Translations under genes and position numbers: made by a program
Assembly (NCBI GenBank): GCA_964383705.1
Contig: CAYLHJ010000005.1
Location: forward strand, 1-51,963
From: an uncultured Candidatus Saccharibacteria bacterium
GTDB lineage: Bacteria > Patescibacteriota > Minisyncoccia > Phycocordibacterales > Zambryskibacteraceae
DNA length: 51,963 nucleotides
Direction: 5' to 3'
The notes under the pieces: model-generated
What the model was told of the DNA's origin: nothing
What the model saw: the letters and a program-made list of their open reading frames with translations, nothing else
Database searches by the model: none
Shown here: positions 28,317 to 35,466 of the stretch, piece by piece
Layout of the letters: every line of letters starts with the position of its first letter
Position numbering within the stretch: the first letter of the stretch is position 1

Positions 28317-28326
28317 AGTATAGCAC
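28317..28326 (-). promoter_or_regulatory. Extended -10 promoter candidate, GTGCTATACT on the minus strand
   Basis: Lies immediately after the U-tract of the MCP terminator. Identical 10-mer to 20737-20746. Confidence 0.5.
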
Positions 28327-28360
28327 AAAAAGAAAAACCCCAGGAGCAGCGCTCCCAGGG
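28327..28360 (-). terminator. Strong rho-independent terminator after the major capsid gene
   Basis: Minus strand reads CCCTGGGAGC-gct-GCTCCTGGGG: a 10-bp stem with 2 G:U pairs, so it is strand-specific. Followed by TTTTTCTTTTT. Confidence 0.85.
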
Positions 28361-28390
28361 TTCAGTCTTAATCATGATCTATGCAAGAAC

Positions 28391-29869
28391 TTAAGCTGCG
28401 CGACCCGTGTTCATGTACAGGTAGTTCTTACGCGGAGCGTAGAGAATCGGAGTCCCGTACAGGAGTTGCATCCAGCGGTAAGCCGTCGCAACGATCGCCA
28501 GGTCCATCTTCATCAGAGGGGCCAGCTGCTTGAAGCGGAGCACTTCGCTGTCCATGGACAGGAGGTAGCTCTGAGCCAAGCCGGGGAGGCGATGGTTCAA
28601 GTCCGTCAGAGTCACGCCAGCGCCGACCGAGGCCGGAGCTACGAGGCCGATGAACTCGTGGTTCAACACGGTGCCCACAGGAGCGCGGTACACGGCGTAC
28701 GCGATAGCACCGGCGGTCGCGGCGATAACCACGCTCACCGAGTCAGTCGCAGCCACAGGAGCCGAGCTGGTGACGGCAGCGCCCAGAGCACCTTCGCCGG
28801 CCGCGTTGATAGCGGAGGCGCGGTAGCTGTAGGAACCAGCGTCAGCGGCTGCGAACTTGGAGTTCGCGATCGGACCGGCGTTGCGAGTAGCAGCGCTGAT
28901 CACAGGAGCCGCAGGAGCGTCAGCCAGAGGGGCTGGCGCGCCGCGTTTAGGGCGGAGGAACACGTTCGACTGGAGAGCGAACTCGCCGGCCGAAGCTACG
29001 AACGACTGCAGCACGAAGCCGGCCCGTCCGTTAGCGACACCCATCGGGTTAACGCGCTCTTTGGGGTAGAACTGACGAGCCAAGTCGCTGTGAGACTTGG
29101 TGTCGCCCATCCACAGAGAGGCCATGCCGAAGTTCTCGCTTACGACGCGAGCGCCGTCTTCGAGGGCGTCTTCGTCGAGCACGAGGCCGCGCATGTCCTT
29201 GATGACGTCTTCTTCAACGCCGTAGCCGGTGAAGGCCGAGGCTTTAGCCGAAGCGTCGCTGTTACCCTTGCGGATCTGCTTGTCCAAGCCATCCCAAGCC
29301 AGGTCGGACTCGGGGAGCAGGGCGGCGTCGGCGCCGTCGAACAAGCCGGCGTTCGAGTACATGCCGTGGCCGTCGAACAAGTTACGTTCGACGATCTCAA
29401 GGATGCGCATCGTGCCGTTACGGATCTCGCGAGCGATAGCATCGCCGTGCGCGTTGCGTACCAACGTGTAAACGTGGGTCAGCTCGCGGGTCACGCCGAT
29501 GAAGCGAACGCGTTGGATCTGACGACTGTAATGAGAGTCTTCAGATCGGGGAAGAGCACCTTCAGCGATGAACCCTTTACCTTGATCGCCGTAGGCGTCG
29601 ACACGATTGTACTCTTCAATCGTGTTGTAGGCTTGGTCCTTCGGCATCTGGGGCCAAAGTTTGATTTGCTTCATCTCGTACGTCACCGATTTCAGCGACG
29701 CATCGAGGCTCTCTACCTGGAGAACTCCACCGCCCGACAGGGAGGTAGGAGCGCCGGAATAACCGGCTCCGGCGGAGAGCGCCTTGTTCAGTTCATCGAC
29801 CTCGCGTGCAGAAACGGATCCCGTTCCTTCACCGAAGTTGACGAAGTTATAAGCACCTAGTTGAGACAT
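28391..29869 (-). CDS. Major capsid protein
   Basis: 492 aa. Follows the protease and scaffold genes and is followed by the strongest terminator in the window. N-terminal SLSGGGVLQVESLD...EEYN pattern is seen in capsid proteins. The antisense 464-aa ORF is judged a GC artefact. Confidence 0.8.
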   Translation of the reverse strand: MSQLGAYNFVNFGEGTGSVSAREVDELNKALSAGAGYSGAPTSLSGGGVLQVESLDASLKSVTYEMKQIKLWPQMPKDQAYNTIEEYNRVDAYGDQGKGFIAEGALPRSEDSHYSRQIQRVRFIGVTRELTHVYTLVRNAHGDAIAREIRNGTMRILEIVERNLFDGHGMYSNAGLFDGADAALLPESDLAWDGLDKQIRKGNSDASAKASAFTGYGVEEDVIKDMRGLVLDEDALEDGARVVSENFGMASLWMGDTKSHSDLARQFYPKERVNPMGVANGRAGFVLQSFVASAGEFALQSNVFLRPKRGAPAPLADAPAAPVISAATRNAGPIANSKFAAADAGSYSYRASAINAAGEGALGAAVTSSAPVAATDSVSVVIAATAGAIAYAVYRAPVGTVLNHEFIGLVAPASVGAGVTLTDLNHRLPGLAQSYLLSMDSEVLRFKQLAPLMKMDLAIVATAYRWMQLLYGTPILYAPRKNYLYMNTGRAA

Positions 29870-29885
29870 TTCGTCATCTCCTTAG

Positions 29886-30752
29886 TTAGTTGACTTTCAG
29901 TTCACGAAACACGATCCCACGCACCGTCGGATCCGAGATGTTTTTAGTCGCCTCGAACTCCGCGATGTGATGAGAAGTCACGCCTTTTCCTGCAGCTTGA
30001 AGTTCAAGCATCTTGTCCAGGACCTGGGACTTGGTCAGCTCCCCGGACGCCGAAGCGCCGGACTTCTCAAGGGTCTCCAGGTTGGAGATAGAACGCCTGT
30101 CGTAAGCGGGCTGGGAAGCCATCTTCTCGATCTTTTCACTCAAGCCTTTGATGAGCGTGTCTTTCTCATCTAATGCTTTTCTGAGGTCAGCAGTGCCTTC
30201 CGACACGGCCTTCCGCAAAACTTCTTCGATCCCGGCTAGCGGGTTCACCTGAACCTGCGCGACGACTTCGCGGGCGGGAGCAGCGGCTTGCGACTTCGCA
30301 ACTTCCGCCTCCTTCTCGCACTCTTCGCGCCACGTCTTCACCAGCTCAAGCTCCTCGTCGTCGAGGACGTCCTTCAGCTCTTCGAGGGACTTCTTCATCT
30401 TGTTCTTCTTCGACTTGTCAGAGTCCTTCTCGTCTTCCTCGTCATCGTCGTCAGAATCGGCGGCAGCTTTCTTCGCCTCGTCTTCCTTGCGCTTGCTGTC
30501 TTCAGCATCCTTAGCCTTCTTAGCTTCTTCGGCCTTCTGCTCCTCGCTCAGCGGAGAGCCAGAACGAATCTTGTCCTCGCCGCCGTTAGCGGCGGACGAC
30601 GCAGGCATAGCCTTGTTGGTCTGCTCGACCGCAGGAGCAGTAGGGTCTGCGATCTGCTGGGTCGCGCCGCCGTTCGCAGCTTGCTGCTCGGAGGCTAGGA
30701 TCTGGTTCACGGTTTCCTCAACCGACTTCTTGAGATCTTTCTGGTCTGCCAC
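29886..30752 (-). CDS. Capsid scaffolding protein
   Basis: 288 aa. Highly acidic/Lys-rich helical low-complexity protein (EEQKAEEAKKAKDAEDSKRKEDEAKKAAADSDDDDEEDE) between the protease and the MCP. Confidence 0.75.
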   Translation of the reverse strand: MADQKDLKKSVEETVNQILASEQQAANGGATQQIADPTAPAVEQTNKAMPASSAANGGEDKIRSGSPLSEEQKAEEAKKAKDAEDSKRKEDEAKKAAADSDDDDEEDEKDSDKSKKNKMKKSLEELKDVLDDEELELVKTWREECEKEAEVAKSQAAAPAREVVAQVQVNPLAGIEEVLRKAVSEGTADLRKALDEKDTLIKGLSEKIEKMASQPAYDRRSISNLETLEKSGASASGELTKSQVLDKMLELQAAGKGVTSHHIAEFEATKNISDPTVRGIVFRELKVN

Positions 30753-30767
30753 TGTGCGTCTCCTTAG

Positions 30768-31595
30768 TTACTCTTCGACCTTGTCGGCCAAACTTTCGAT
30801 GACCATCTCCGCGATCTCCATCGGATCGTGCGAAGGGTACATTTCTTGCAAGCTCTTCATCAAGGATCTTACCACACCCTTTTTGTCTTTTTTTCGCTTG
30901 CCCTGATGGGTGACCGCTTTCGGCGAGCAGTCGAGGGACTCGCGGGTCATGGCCTCTCCGGACGAGCGAGCTTCGGGGGGTTTAGTCGCGCCGGCTCCAG
31001 CGGACAACGCCTTAGCTACGAAATCGATCAGGACCTGGAGGTCGGCCTTCTTCACCTCTACAGTATCGCTGACAGGCTCGACCGCCTCGGGGGCGGCGAG
31101 CGACTTGCACAGGTCTGCGTAGGTGTAGGGGTTAACAGGGTCTAAGGTAAGGGCTACCTTGTCGATCCGAGCCTTCTTAATGGCCTTGTTGTTCACGAAG
31201 TCACGCTGAAGGATCTTGCCTTCTATGCTCATCTGAACCCGAGGAGCCGTTCCCTTCTTCACGGATTTCATGATGTTGTACATAGCTTTAGCGCGGTCTT
31301 GATGCTTGAACAGGTACCCTTTGACCATCAAGCACTTCTTGCCGTCCTGATCGATGAAGTCTGCCCCTTCAACCTGGCCGAGCACGTTCTCCGGCCCCTT
31401 CTGATGGTCGAAGTTGAACAAGCCTCGGCCTGCCTTGAGCAGGCTGATGTCGAGCCCGTCCTGGTCGACGGTCTCTCCTTGCAGGTCCTCGTCGGGAGTG
31501 GAGGCGATCCCTTGGATCTGCCATTCATCCTCGCCGTCTTTCTCAGACTTGACGAGTTCGAGGGGTACGTAAAACTTGAAGTCCTTCTCAGACAT
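30768..31595 (-). CDS. Prohead maturation protease (HK97/S78-like)
   Basis: 275 aa. N-terminal WQIQGIASTPDEDLQGETV...GLFNFDHQ and QMSIEGK fit the His/Ser pattern of HK97-family prohead proteases. Confidence 0.8.
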   Translation of the reverse strand: MSEKDFKFYVPLELVKSEKDGEDEWQIQGIASTPDEDLQGETVDQDGLDISLLKAGRGLFNFDHQKGPENVLGQVEGADFIDQDGKKCLMVKGYLFKHQDRAKAMYNIMKSVKKGTAPRVQMSIEGKILQRDFVNNKAIKKARIDKVALTLDPVNPYTYADLCKSLAAPEAVEPVSDTVEVKKADLQVLIDFVAKALSAGAGATKPPEARSSGEAMTRESLDCSPKAVTHQGKRKKDKKGVVRSLMKSLQEMYPSHDPMEIAEMVIESLADKVEE

Positions 31596-31626
31596 ACCGG
31601 AGATTGTAACCCCGGTTCCTAAGTTT

Positions 31627-31884
31627 TTACTCTTCCGGCTGTTCGAGGAGGTCTACGTGCTTTCGAACCTTAGCGATGGCTTTGCGCTCGATGGACGTGA
31701 TCGCAGAGATGGACAGCTTCATAAGGCGTGCGATCTCCGACAGGGTATGCGCGCGATCGTTGTAACGGAGGTACGTCCAGAAGCAGTTCCCGTACTCAGG
31801 CGCGTTGACCCACCAAGCGTCCCCCTTTACCAGGGGGAGCTGGCTGCGTCCGCACTTGCAGTCGTCTCGGTGAACGTACCTCAT
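31627..31884 (-). CDS. Stand-alone sigma70 region-4-like HTH DNA-binding protein (putative late-gene regulator)
   Basis: 85 aa. HTLSEIARLMKLSISAITSIERKAIAKVRK matches the sigma70 r4.2 HTH consensus. First gene of the minus-strand arm. No SD, but a promoter is positioned for a leaderless transcript. Confidence 0.55.
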   Translation of the reverse strand: MRYVHRDDCKCGRSQLPLVKGDAWWVNAPEYGNCFWTYLRYNDRAHTLSEIARLMKLSISAITSIERKAIAKVRKHVDLLEQPEE

Positions 31885-31891
31885 AGCAAGA

Positions 31892-31901
31892 AAAGTACCA
31901 G
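31892..31901 (-). promoter_or_regulatory. Extended -10 promoter CTGGTACTTT placed 7 nt upstream of the ATG (leaderless mRNA candidate)
   Basis: An identical 10-mer occurs 6 nt upstream of the protease ATG at 39128-39137. Neither gene has a properly spaced SD. Confidence 0.5.
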
Positions 31902-31930
31902 AACCTCACAGAAAACGCAACGGTACGCCC

Positions 31931-31960
31931 CTTGCAGGGGCCTCTTGCTTTTTGGGAAGT
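31931..31960 (+). other. Stem-loop GCCCCT-tgc-AGGGGC followed by a T-rich tract in the divergent intergenic region
   Basis: Perfect 6-bp GC stem followed by CTCTTGCTTTTT on the plus strand. Function is unclear (attenuator, antisense terminator or RNA element). Confidence 0.35.
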
Positions 31961-32161
31961 TTTCGTATAACCTCAGGGTACCGATACAGGTACTGAGCCC
32001 CAACAGGCGACTTTGTAACTGAGGACCCCTCCTCGGCCGAGGTGTATTTGGCGTTCCGCCCCTCTCGTTTCAGGCTGACTTCCGTAGCTAAACTTCCGTG
32101 TAGACGCTACGCACATGAGAGGTTAGTAACGCCCCGCGAAAAGTACACGGGTAGATTTTCC

Positions 32162-32191
32162 TTGACCGTGCAGCGTCCAGCGTGTGATGCT
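32162..32191 (+). promoter_or_regulatory. Sigma70-type promoter candidate TTGACC-N15-TGTGATGCT
   Basis: -35 TTGACC and an extended -10-like TGTGATGCT. The predicted TSS falls about at the ATG at 32199 (leaderless). A near-identical -10 block (TGTGATGAT) occurs at 36908-36916. Confidence 0.45.
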
Positions 32192-32408
32192 ACCACCTAT
32201 GGCAGACGTCGTAAACTTCAAGAAAGAGATAGCGCGGCTGGAAGATCAGAAATGGGAGATCCTTAGTCGGCGCGGGCCGAGGGCCGCCGCAGAGCTGTGG
32301 CGCCCCATCGACGACAAGCTGAAGCGTCTCTACGCGTGGTGGGCTCGCGACGCCTACGCGAACGGCCGCGAGAAGGAGCTGCCGTTCCATCTTCGGAGAC
32401 TTCAGTGA
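32184..32408 (+). CDS. Small hypothetical protein (start GTG 32184 or ATG 32199)
   Basis: 74 aa (69 aa from MADVVNFKK). The stop overlaps the GTG start of the aminotransferase (GTGA). Confidence 0.55.
   Translation: MMLPPMADVVNFKKEIARLEDQKWEILSRRGPRAAAELWRPIDDKLKRLYAWWARDAYANGREKELPFHLRRLQ
32186..32197 (-). promoter_or_regulatory. Extended -10 candidate GGTGGTAGCATC on the minus strand, facing the 300-nt intergenic region
   Basis: TGGTAGCAT belongs to the same TGGTAnnAT family as the late-arm motifs. It overlaps the plus-strand -10. Confidence 0.3.
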
Positions 32409-33295
32409 AGACCTGGTCCGACGGAGCCATCATCGACGGCAAGGCTCCGCTCGACTCGCTGTCGTACCCGCTGCACTACGGAGGACCTGCCGTGTGGGAG
32501 GGCATACGCGCCTACGTGCAGGAGGACGGCACCTGCAAGGTGTTCAAGCTGCGAGAGCACGTGCAGCGCCTGCGAGAGTCTGCGAAGATCTTGGGAGTGA
32601 ACCTTCCTTACACGAGCGAAGCTATCGAAGACGCGTGCGAGCAGCTCGTCCGAGAGAACGGAAACGTCGACCTGTACCTGCGCCCTATCGCGTACATGCC
32701 TGGCGACGCAGAGGGGGTTCGGGTCGAGAAGACCAAGGACCTCAAGCTCGACATCTACTGCTTCCCCGTGCCTAAGCTTCATCGTGCCTCGGACGCCGGC
32801 ATCAAGACCGTCATCTCTAACGTGGTTCGTGGGTACCCTCAGAACAACATGCAGGCGAAGACTCCGGCCAACTACGCGGCGCTCACCATGGTCCAGGACC
32901 TGCTCGACCAGACTGGAGCGCATGACGCCTTCCTACTGGACAACAACGGACACGTCATCGAAGCAACGGTGGCGAACTTCTTCGTGGTGAAGGGTGACGT
33001 CGTCATGACGCCTCCCAACGCGGGAAGCATCCTGCCAGGCATCACCCGACGTACGATCGCGGAGATCCTGCAGGACCGAGCGACCATGCTGGTCAAGCAC
33101 CGCAAGGTTCCCATGGTGGTAGAGAAGAACATCACGAAGGCCGACCTGTATACGGCGGACTGCGTTTTCCTCTGCGGTACCTACGCAGAGGTGGTGAAGG
33201 TAGCAACCGTAGACGGTCGGACCCTTGACGGGGACGACTTCTACTTCAGAACCGTACGAGACGAGTACGAGAAGCTAGTGAGAGGTCGAAGTTGA
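32405..33295 (+). CDS. Class IV (fold-type IV) PLP aminotransferase, branched-chain amino acid aminotransferase (IlvE)-like
   Basis: Start revised to the GTG at 32405 (GGAGA 6 nt upstream, GTGA coupling). Motifs align by eye with E. coli IlvE: LHYGGPAVWEGIRAY, FKLREHVQRLRESAKI, LYLRPI, AKTPANY (PLP lysine), ILPGITR. Confidence 0.8.
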   Translation: MKTWSDGAIIDGKAPLDSLSYPLHYGGPAVWEGIRAYVQEDGTCKVFKLREHVQRLRESAKILGVNLPYTSEAIEDACEQLVRENGNVDLYLRPIAYMPGDAEGVRVEKTKDLKLDIYCFPVPKLHRASDAGIKTVISNVVRGYPQNNMQAKTPANYAALTMVQDLLDQTGAHDAFLLDNNGHVIEATVANFFVVKGDVVMTPPNAGSILPGITRRTIAEILQDRATMLVKHRKVPMVVEKNITKADLYTADCVFLCGTYAEVVKVATVDGRTLDGDDFYFRTVRDEYEKLVRGRS

Positions 33296-33534
33296 ACACT
33301 CCAGTACCGATTTACGAGGTTGAGTATCAGAAGGGTAACGTGGCCATGGTTGAGAGTAACCTCCTCCTGCACGACACGCTCGACATGCAGATGGTTGAGT
33401 TCTGGGAGGAGCGCCTCACCGCCCTAGACCAGGCGTTCGTGGTGGCCTTCCGACGCACGGAGTCGAAGGTGCTGTACTCGATCTTCACCGACACCAAGAA
33501 GAAGGGCAGCGTGTTCCGAGGCGGAACCGTATGA
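33292..33534 (+). CDS. Hypothetical protein
   Basis: 80 aa. TTG start in a TTGA overlap, with GAGAGG upstream. Confidence 0.5.
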   Translation: MNTPVPIYEVEYQKGNVAMVESNLLLHDTLDMQMVEFWEERLTALDQAFVVAFRRTESKVLYSIFTDTKKKGSVFRGGTV

Positions 33535-33752
33535 ACGAGCAGGCGGACGCCCTACTAGGACTGATCCTCGTGGCAGCATTCGCTCTCGTGTTCGTGTTCA
33601 TCGGGAACGCGATCCGGTCTACCTCGACCCGCCGTCGAAACTGCAGTCCGCACCGATGGAGCACGCACCCTGAGACCAACAAGCTAGAGTGTACCCTCTG
33701 CGGCTTCGTAGCGGGATCGCACGAGACAGACCACGGAGACTACGGACAATGA
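33531..33752 (+). CDS. Small membrane protein with Cys/His motif
   Basis: 73 aa. ATGA coupling. One TM (LLGLILVAAFALVFVFIG), then C..H...CTLCG...H. Confidence 0.55.
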   Translation: MNEQADALLGLILVAAFALVFVFIGNAIRSTSTRRRNCSPHRWSTHPETNKLECTLCGFVAGSHETDHGDYGQ

Positions 33753-34063
33753 CCTTCAAAGAGATCAGCCCTGAGCGCCGCAAGCGACTTGAAGTCCTCT
33801 GGAACGACGCCAAGAAGGAGCTGCGCATGCTACTCCTCAAGAGCATGATGATGTTCCTAGGAAGCATCGTGCCCATCACCCTGGTCTCGTACTGGGCCGG
33901 GCTGCTGAACACCATGTTCCCGTCGGCGATGTGGTGGGCTACGGCTATCGTGATCCACGCGGCCTACCTAGGGCCGCAGAGCAGAAAGGTGACCCAGAAG
34001 TATGCCCCGCAGGTCAAAGAGATCCTCGAAGAAGAGAAGCGCGATAGTAGTCAAGAAGGTTGA
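33749..34063 (+). CDS. Membrane protein (start revised)
   Basis: ATGA overlap at 33749. 104 aa. Two predicted TM segments. Confidence 0.55.
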   Translation: MTFKEISPERRKRLEVLWNDAKKELRMLLLKSMMMFLGSIVPITLVSYWAGLLNTMFPSAMWWATAIVIHAAYLGPQSRKVTQKYAPQVKEILEEEKRDSSQEG

Positions 34064-34505
34064 CTGGTACGGGTTCGACCATGACGCCGTAGCTAAGCGG
34101 TTCGAGGGCGGACTGAAGTTCGTCAACTATATGAACGTAGGCAACGATCGCGTGGTCGCCGTGTACCGCGCGGCCAAGCCGAACCGCGCTAAGAAGCACA
34201 AGCGCTTCATGCTGCTGTCGGTGACGGCCGAGACCCTCGGGATGCGTACGGCCCTCGTGTCTGGCATGGAACTTGCTGAGATCAAGAAGCATGCCACAGT
34301 AGGCGGTATCCTGTGTCTTTCTTGTAACACCGCGCTGTACAGCTTGAACCGCCACCACTACCACACCTGCGAGTGCCACAACTCTGCCATGGTCGACGGA
34401 GGCGTCGACTACCTGCGCTTCGGAGCCATGGACATGAAGAACGTTAAAGAAGTCCGCATCAACCTTTTGAACGATAAAGTTGACACCGTCCGTCGGAGAA
34501 GCTAG
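34002..34505 (+). CDS. Hypothetical Zn-binding protein (CxxC...HHYHTCECH)
   Basis: 167 aa. 62-nt overlap with the upstream gene; the start is uncertain. Confidence 0.5.
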   Translation: MPRRSKRSSKKRSAIVVKKVDWYGFDHDAVAKRFEGGLKFVNYMNVGNDRVVAVYRAAKPNRAKKHKRFMLLSVTAETLGMRTALVSGMELAEIKKHATVGGILCLSCNTALYSLNRHHYHTCECHNSAMVDGGVDYLRFGAMDMKNVKEVRINLLNDKVDTVRRRS

Positions 34506-34508
34506 GAT
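34480..34508 (+). promoter_or_regulatory. Promoter candidate TTGACA-N17-TAGGAT
   Basis: Perfect -35 and 17-nt spacer. However, TAGGAT also contains the upstream stop codon and could instead serve as the AGGA SD for the ATG at 34515. Confidence 0.3.
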
Positions 34509-34514
34509 CAGGTC

Positions 34515-34838
34515 ATGAGAAACCTGCGCGACAAGATCAGAGCTTTGGTGGGTGACGCGTACGACCTTCGCATGGAGAGCGTGGTCACCCGGATCGAGAA
34601 CTTGGTGAAGGACGAGCTGGCCCTCCGCGACGAGGAGCGACAGATCAACTTCCAGGACCTAAACCTTATCCAGTCGGACGCCGTAGGCGAGTTCACCCGG
34701 ATCCGCATGGACCAGGACTCCCTCGGCCGCATCGCGGGGGACGACGCCTTGGTGCGTACCCTGTGCGTGGTAAATGCCACGGTCAGCTTCCTGCGCTCGA
34801 AGGGCCACACCACGGCCATCCTTCGCTACAAGAAATAG
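34515..34838 (+). CDS. Hypothetical protein
   Basis: 107 aa ORF with GC3 bias. Confidence 0.6.
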   Translation: MRNLRDKIRALVGDAYDLRMESVVTRIENLVKDELALRDEERQINFQDLNLIQSDAVGEFTRIRMDQDSLGRIAGDDALVRTLCVVNATVSFLRSKGHTTAILRYKK

Positions 34839-34853
34839 CTGGACAGCGACCGG

Positions 34854-35141
34854 ATGATGATTCATAGTCTGACTATGGACGTCAACTTTACGAAACTGCT
34901 GATCCGTAAGAGCCAAGATGCCGCCAGCGACTCGAAGCACGAGTCGATGCGACAGATCTTCACCGCCCAAGCGGACCGGCTTCAGAGAGAACTAGACGCC
35001 TACGAGAAGGAGAACCCATGTACAAGTGCAAAGCCTGTGGAAAGCAGTCGAGCCCCGGAGAAGGTCAGTCGAAGCGCGTCACGGAGGTCCGGCGCCGCTC
35101 GTACGAGAACGTCATCACGCGGGGCAAGAAGTCGTTCGTGA
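34854..35141 (+). CDS. Hypothetical protein whose frame reads 41 codons into the next gene
   Basis: 95 aa. Coding-like until about 35017. The Arg/Ser-rich tail has non-coding-like third positions. Confidence 0.4.
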   Translation: MMIHSLTMDVNFTKLLIRKSQDAASDSKHESMRQIFTAQADRLQRELDAYEKENPCTSAKPVESSRAPEKVSRSASRRSGAARTRTSSRGARSRS

Positions 35142-35218
35142 TCAAGAGCGAAGGGTTCGAGATCGTCCGCGAGGTGCCGGTCTGCTCGTCGTGCTCGAAG
35201 GGTGGAGTCGATGCCTAA
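35018..35218 (+). CDS. Zinc-ribbon protein
   Basis: 66 aa. Strong SD (GAAGGAGAAccc). CKAC...CSSC pairs. Confidence 0.65.
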   Translation: MYKCKACGKQSSPGEGQSKRVTEVRRRSYENVITRGKKSFVIKSEGFEIVREVPVCSSCSKGGVDA

Positions 35219-35435
35219 GACCTACCTGGTCACAGGCTGGTCGTCTCGCTACGTAGACCCTGGCTTCGAGTTTCAGTGTAAGACGCTGAAAGAAGCCAAG
35301 GCTAAGGCCGAAGAGGTCCTCGAAGGTCACGGGCAGACTACCGTTCGCATCTACGAGGCTCGCGAGATCTTGAAGGCTCATCGCTCTAACAGGGACACCG
35401 TCCCGCCGAAGCTGGAAGCTTCAAAAAGATCTTGA
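35211..35435 (+). CDS. Hypothetical protein (start revised to MPKTY)
   Basis: The ATG at 35211 overlaps the upstream stop. 74 aa. Confidence 0.55.
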   Translation: MPKTYLVTGWSSRYVDPGFEFQCKTLKEAKAKAEEVLEGHGQTTVRIYEAREILKAHRSNRDTVPPKLEASKRS

Positions 35436-35460
35436 CGCGAAGGCTCAACTTAGGGATCAT
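35432..35460 (+). promoter_or_regulatory. Promoter candidate TTGACG-N17-GATCAT, 6 nt before the integrase ATG (leaderless candidate)
   Basis: The -35 embeds the upstream TGA stop. There is no SD before the ATG at 35467. Confidence 0.35.
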
Positions 35461-35466
35461 AAGACC

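Noticed and set aside
28466-29860. A 464-aa plus-strand ORF covering almost the whole capsid gene. Similar long antisense ORFs occur at 11157-11900, 40223-40981, 45896-46441 and 49259-49747.
   Set aside because: Composition is Arg/Gly/Ala/His-rich with no start context, and each lies antisense to a gene with clear family motifs. These are typical shadow ORFs in a GC3-rich genome.
32297-32404. The upstream extension of the aminotransferase ORF (track start 32297). Similar over-long track starts occur at 38957, 42830, 33689, 39552, 51116, 50288, 28328, 26663, 23470 and 19583.
   Set aside because: The extensions overlap the preceding gene in another frame, are Arg-rich, and lack SDs. The internal ATG or GTG starts sit in ATGA/GTGA overlaps or behind good SDs, and they coincide with the start of family homology.
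34503-34508. TAGGAT read as a -10 hexamer (TTGACA-N17-TAGGAT), implying a leaderless 34515 gene.
   Set aside because: This is only partly rejected. The same hexamer contains the upstream stop codon and an AGGA at ideal SD spacing (7 nt) from the ATG, so translational coupling explains it equally well. It is kept as a low-confidence feature.
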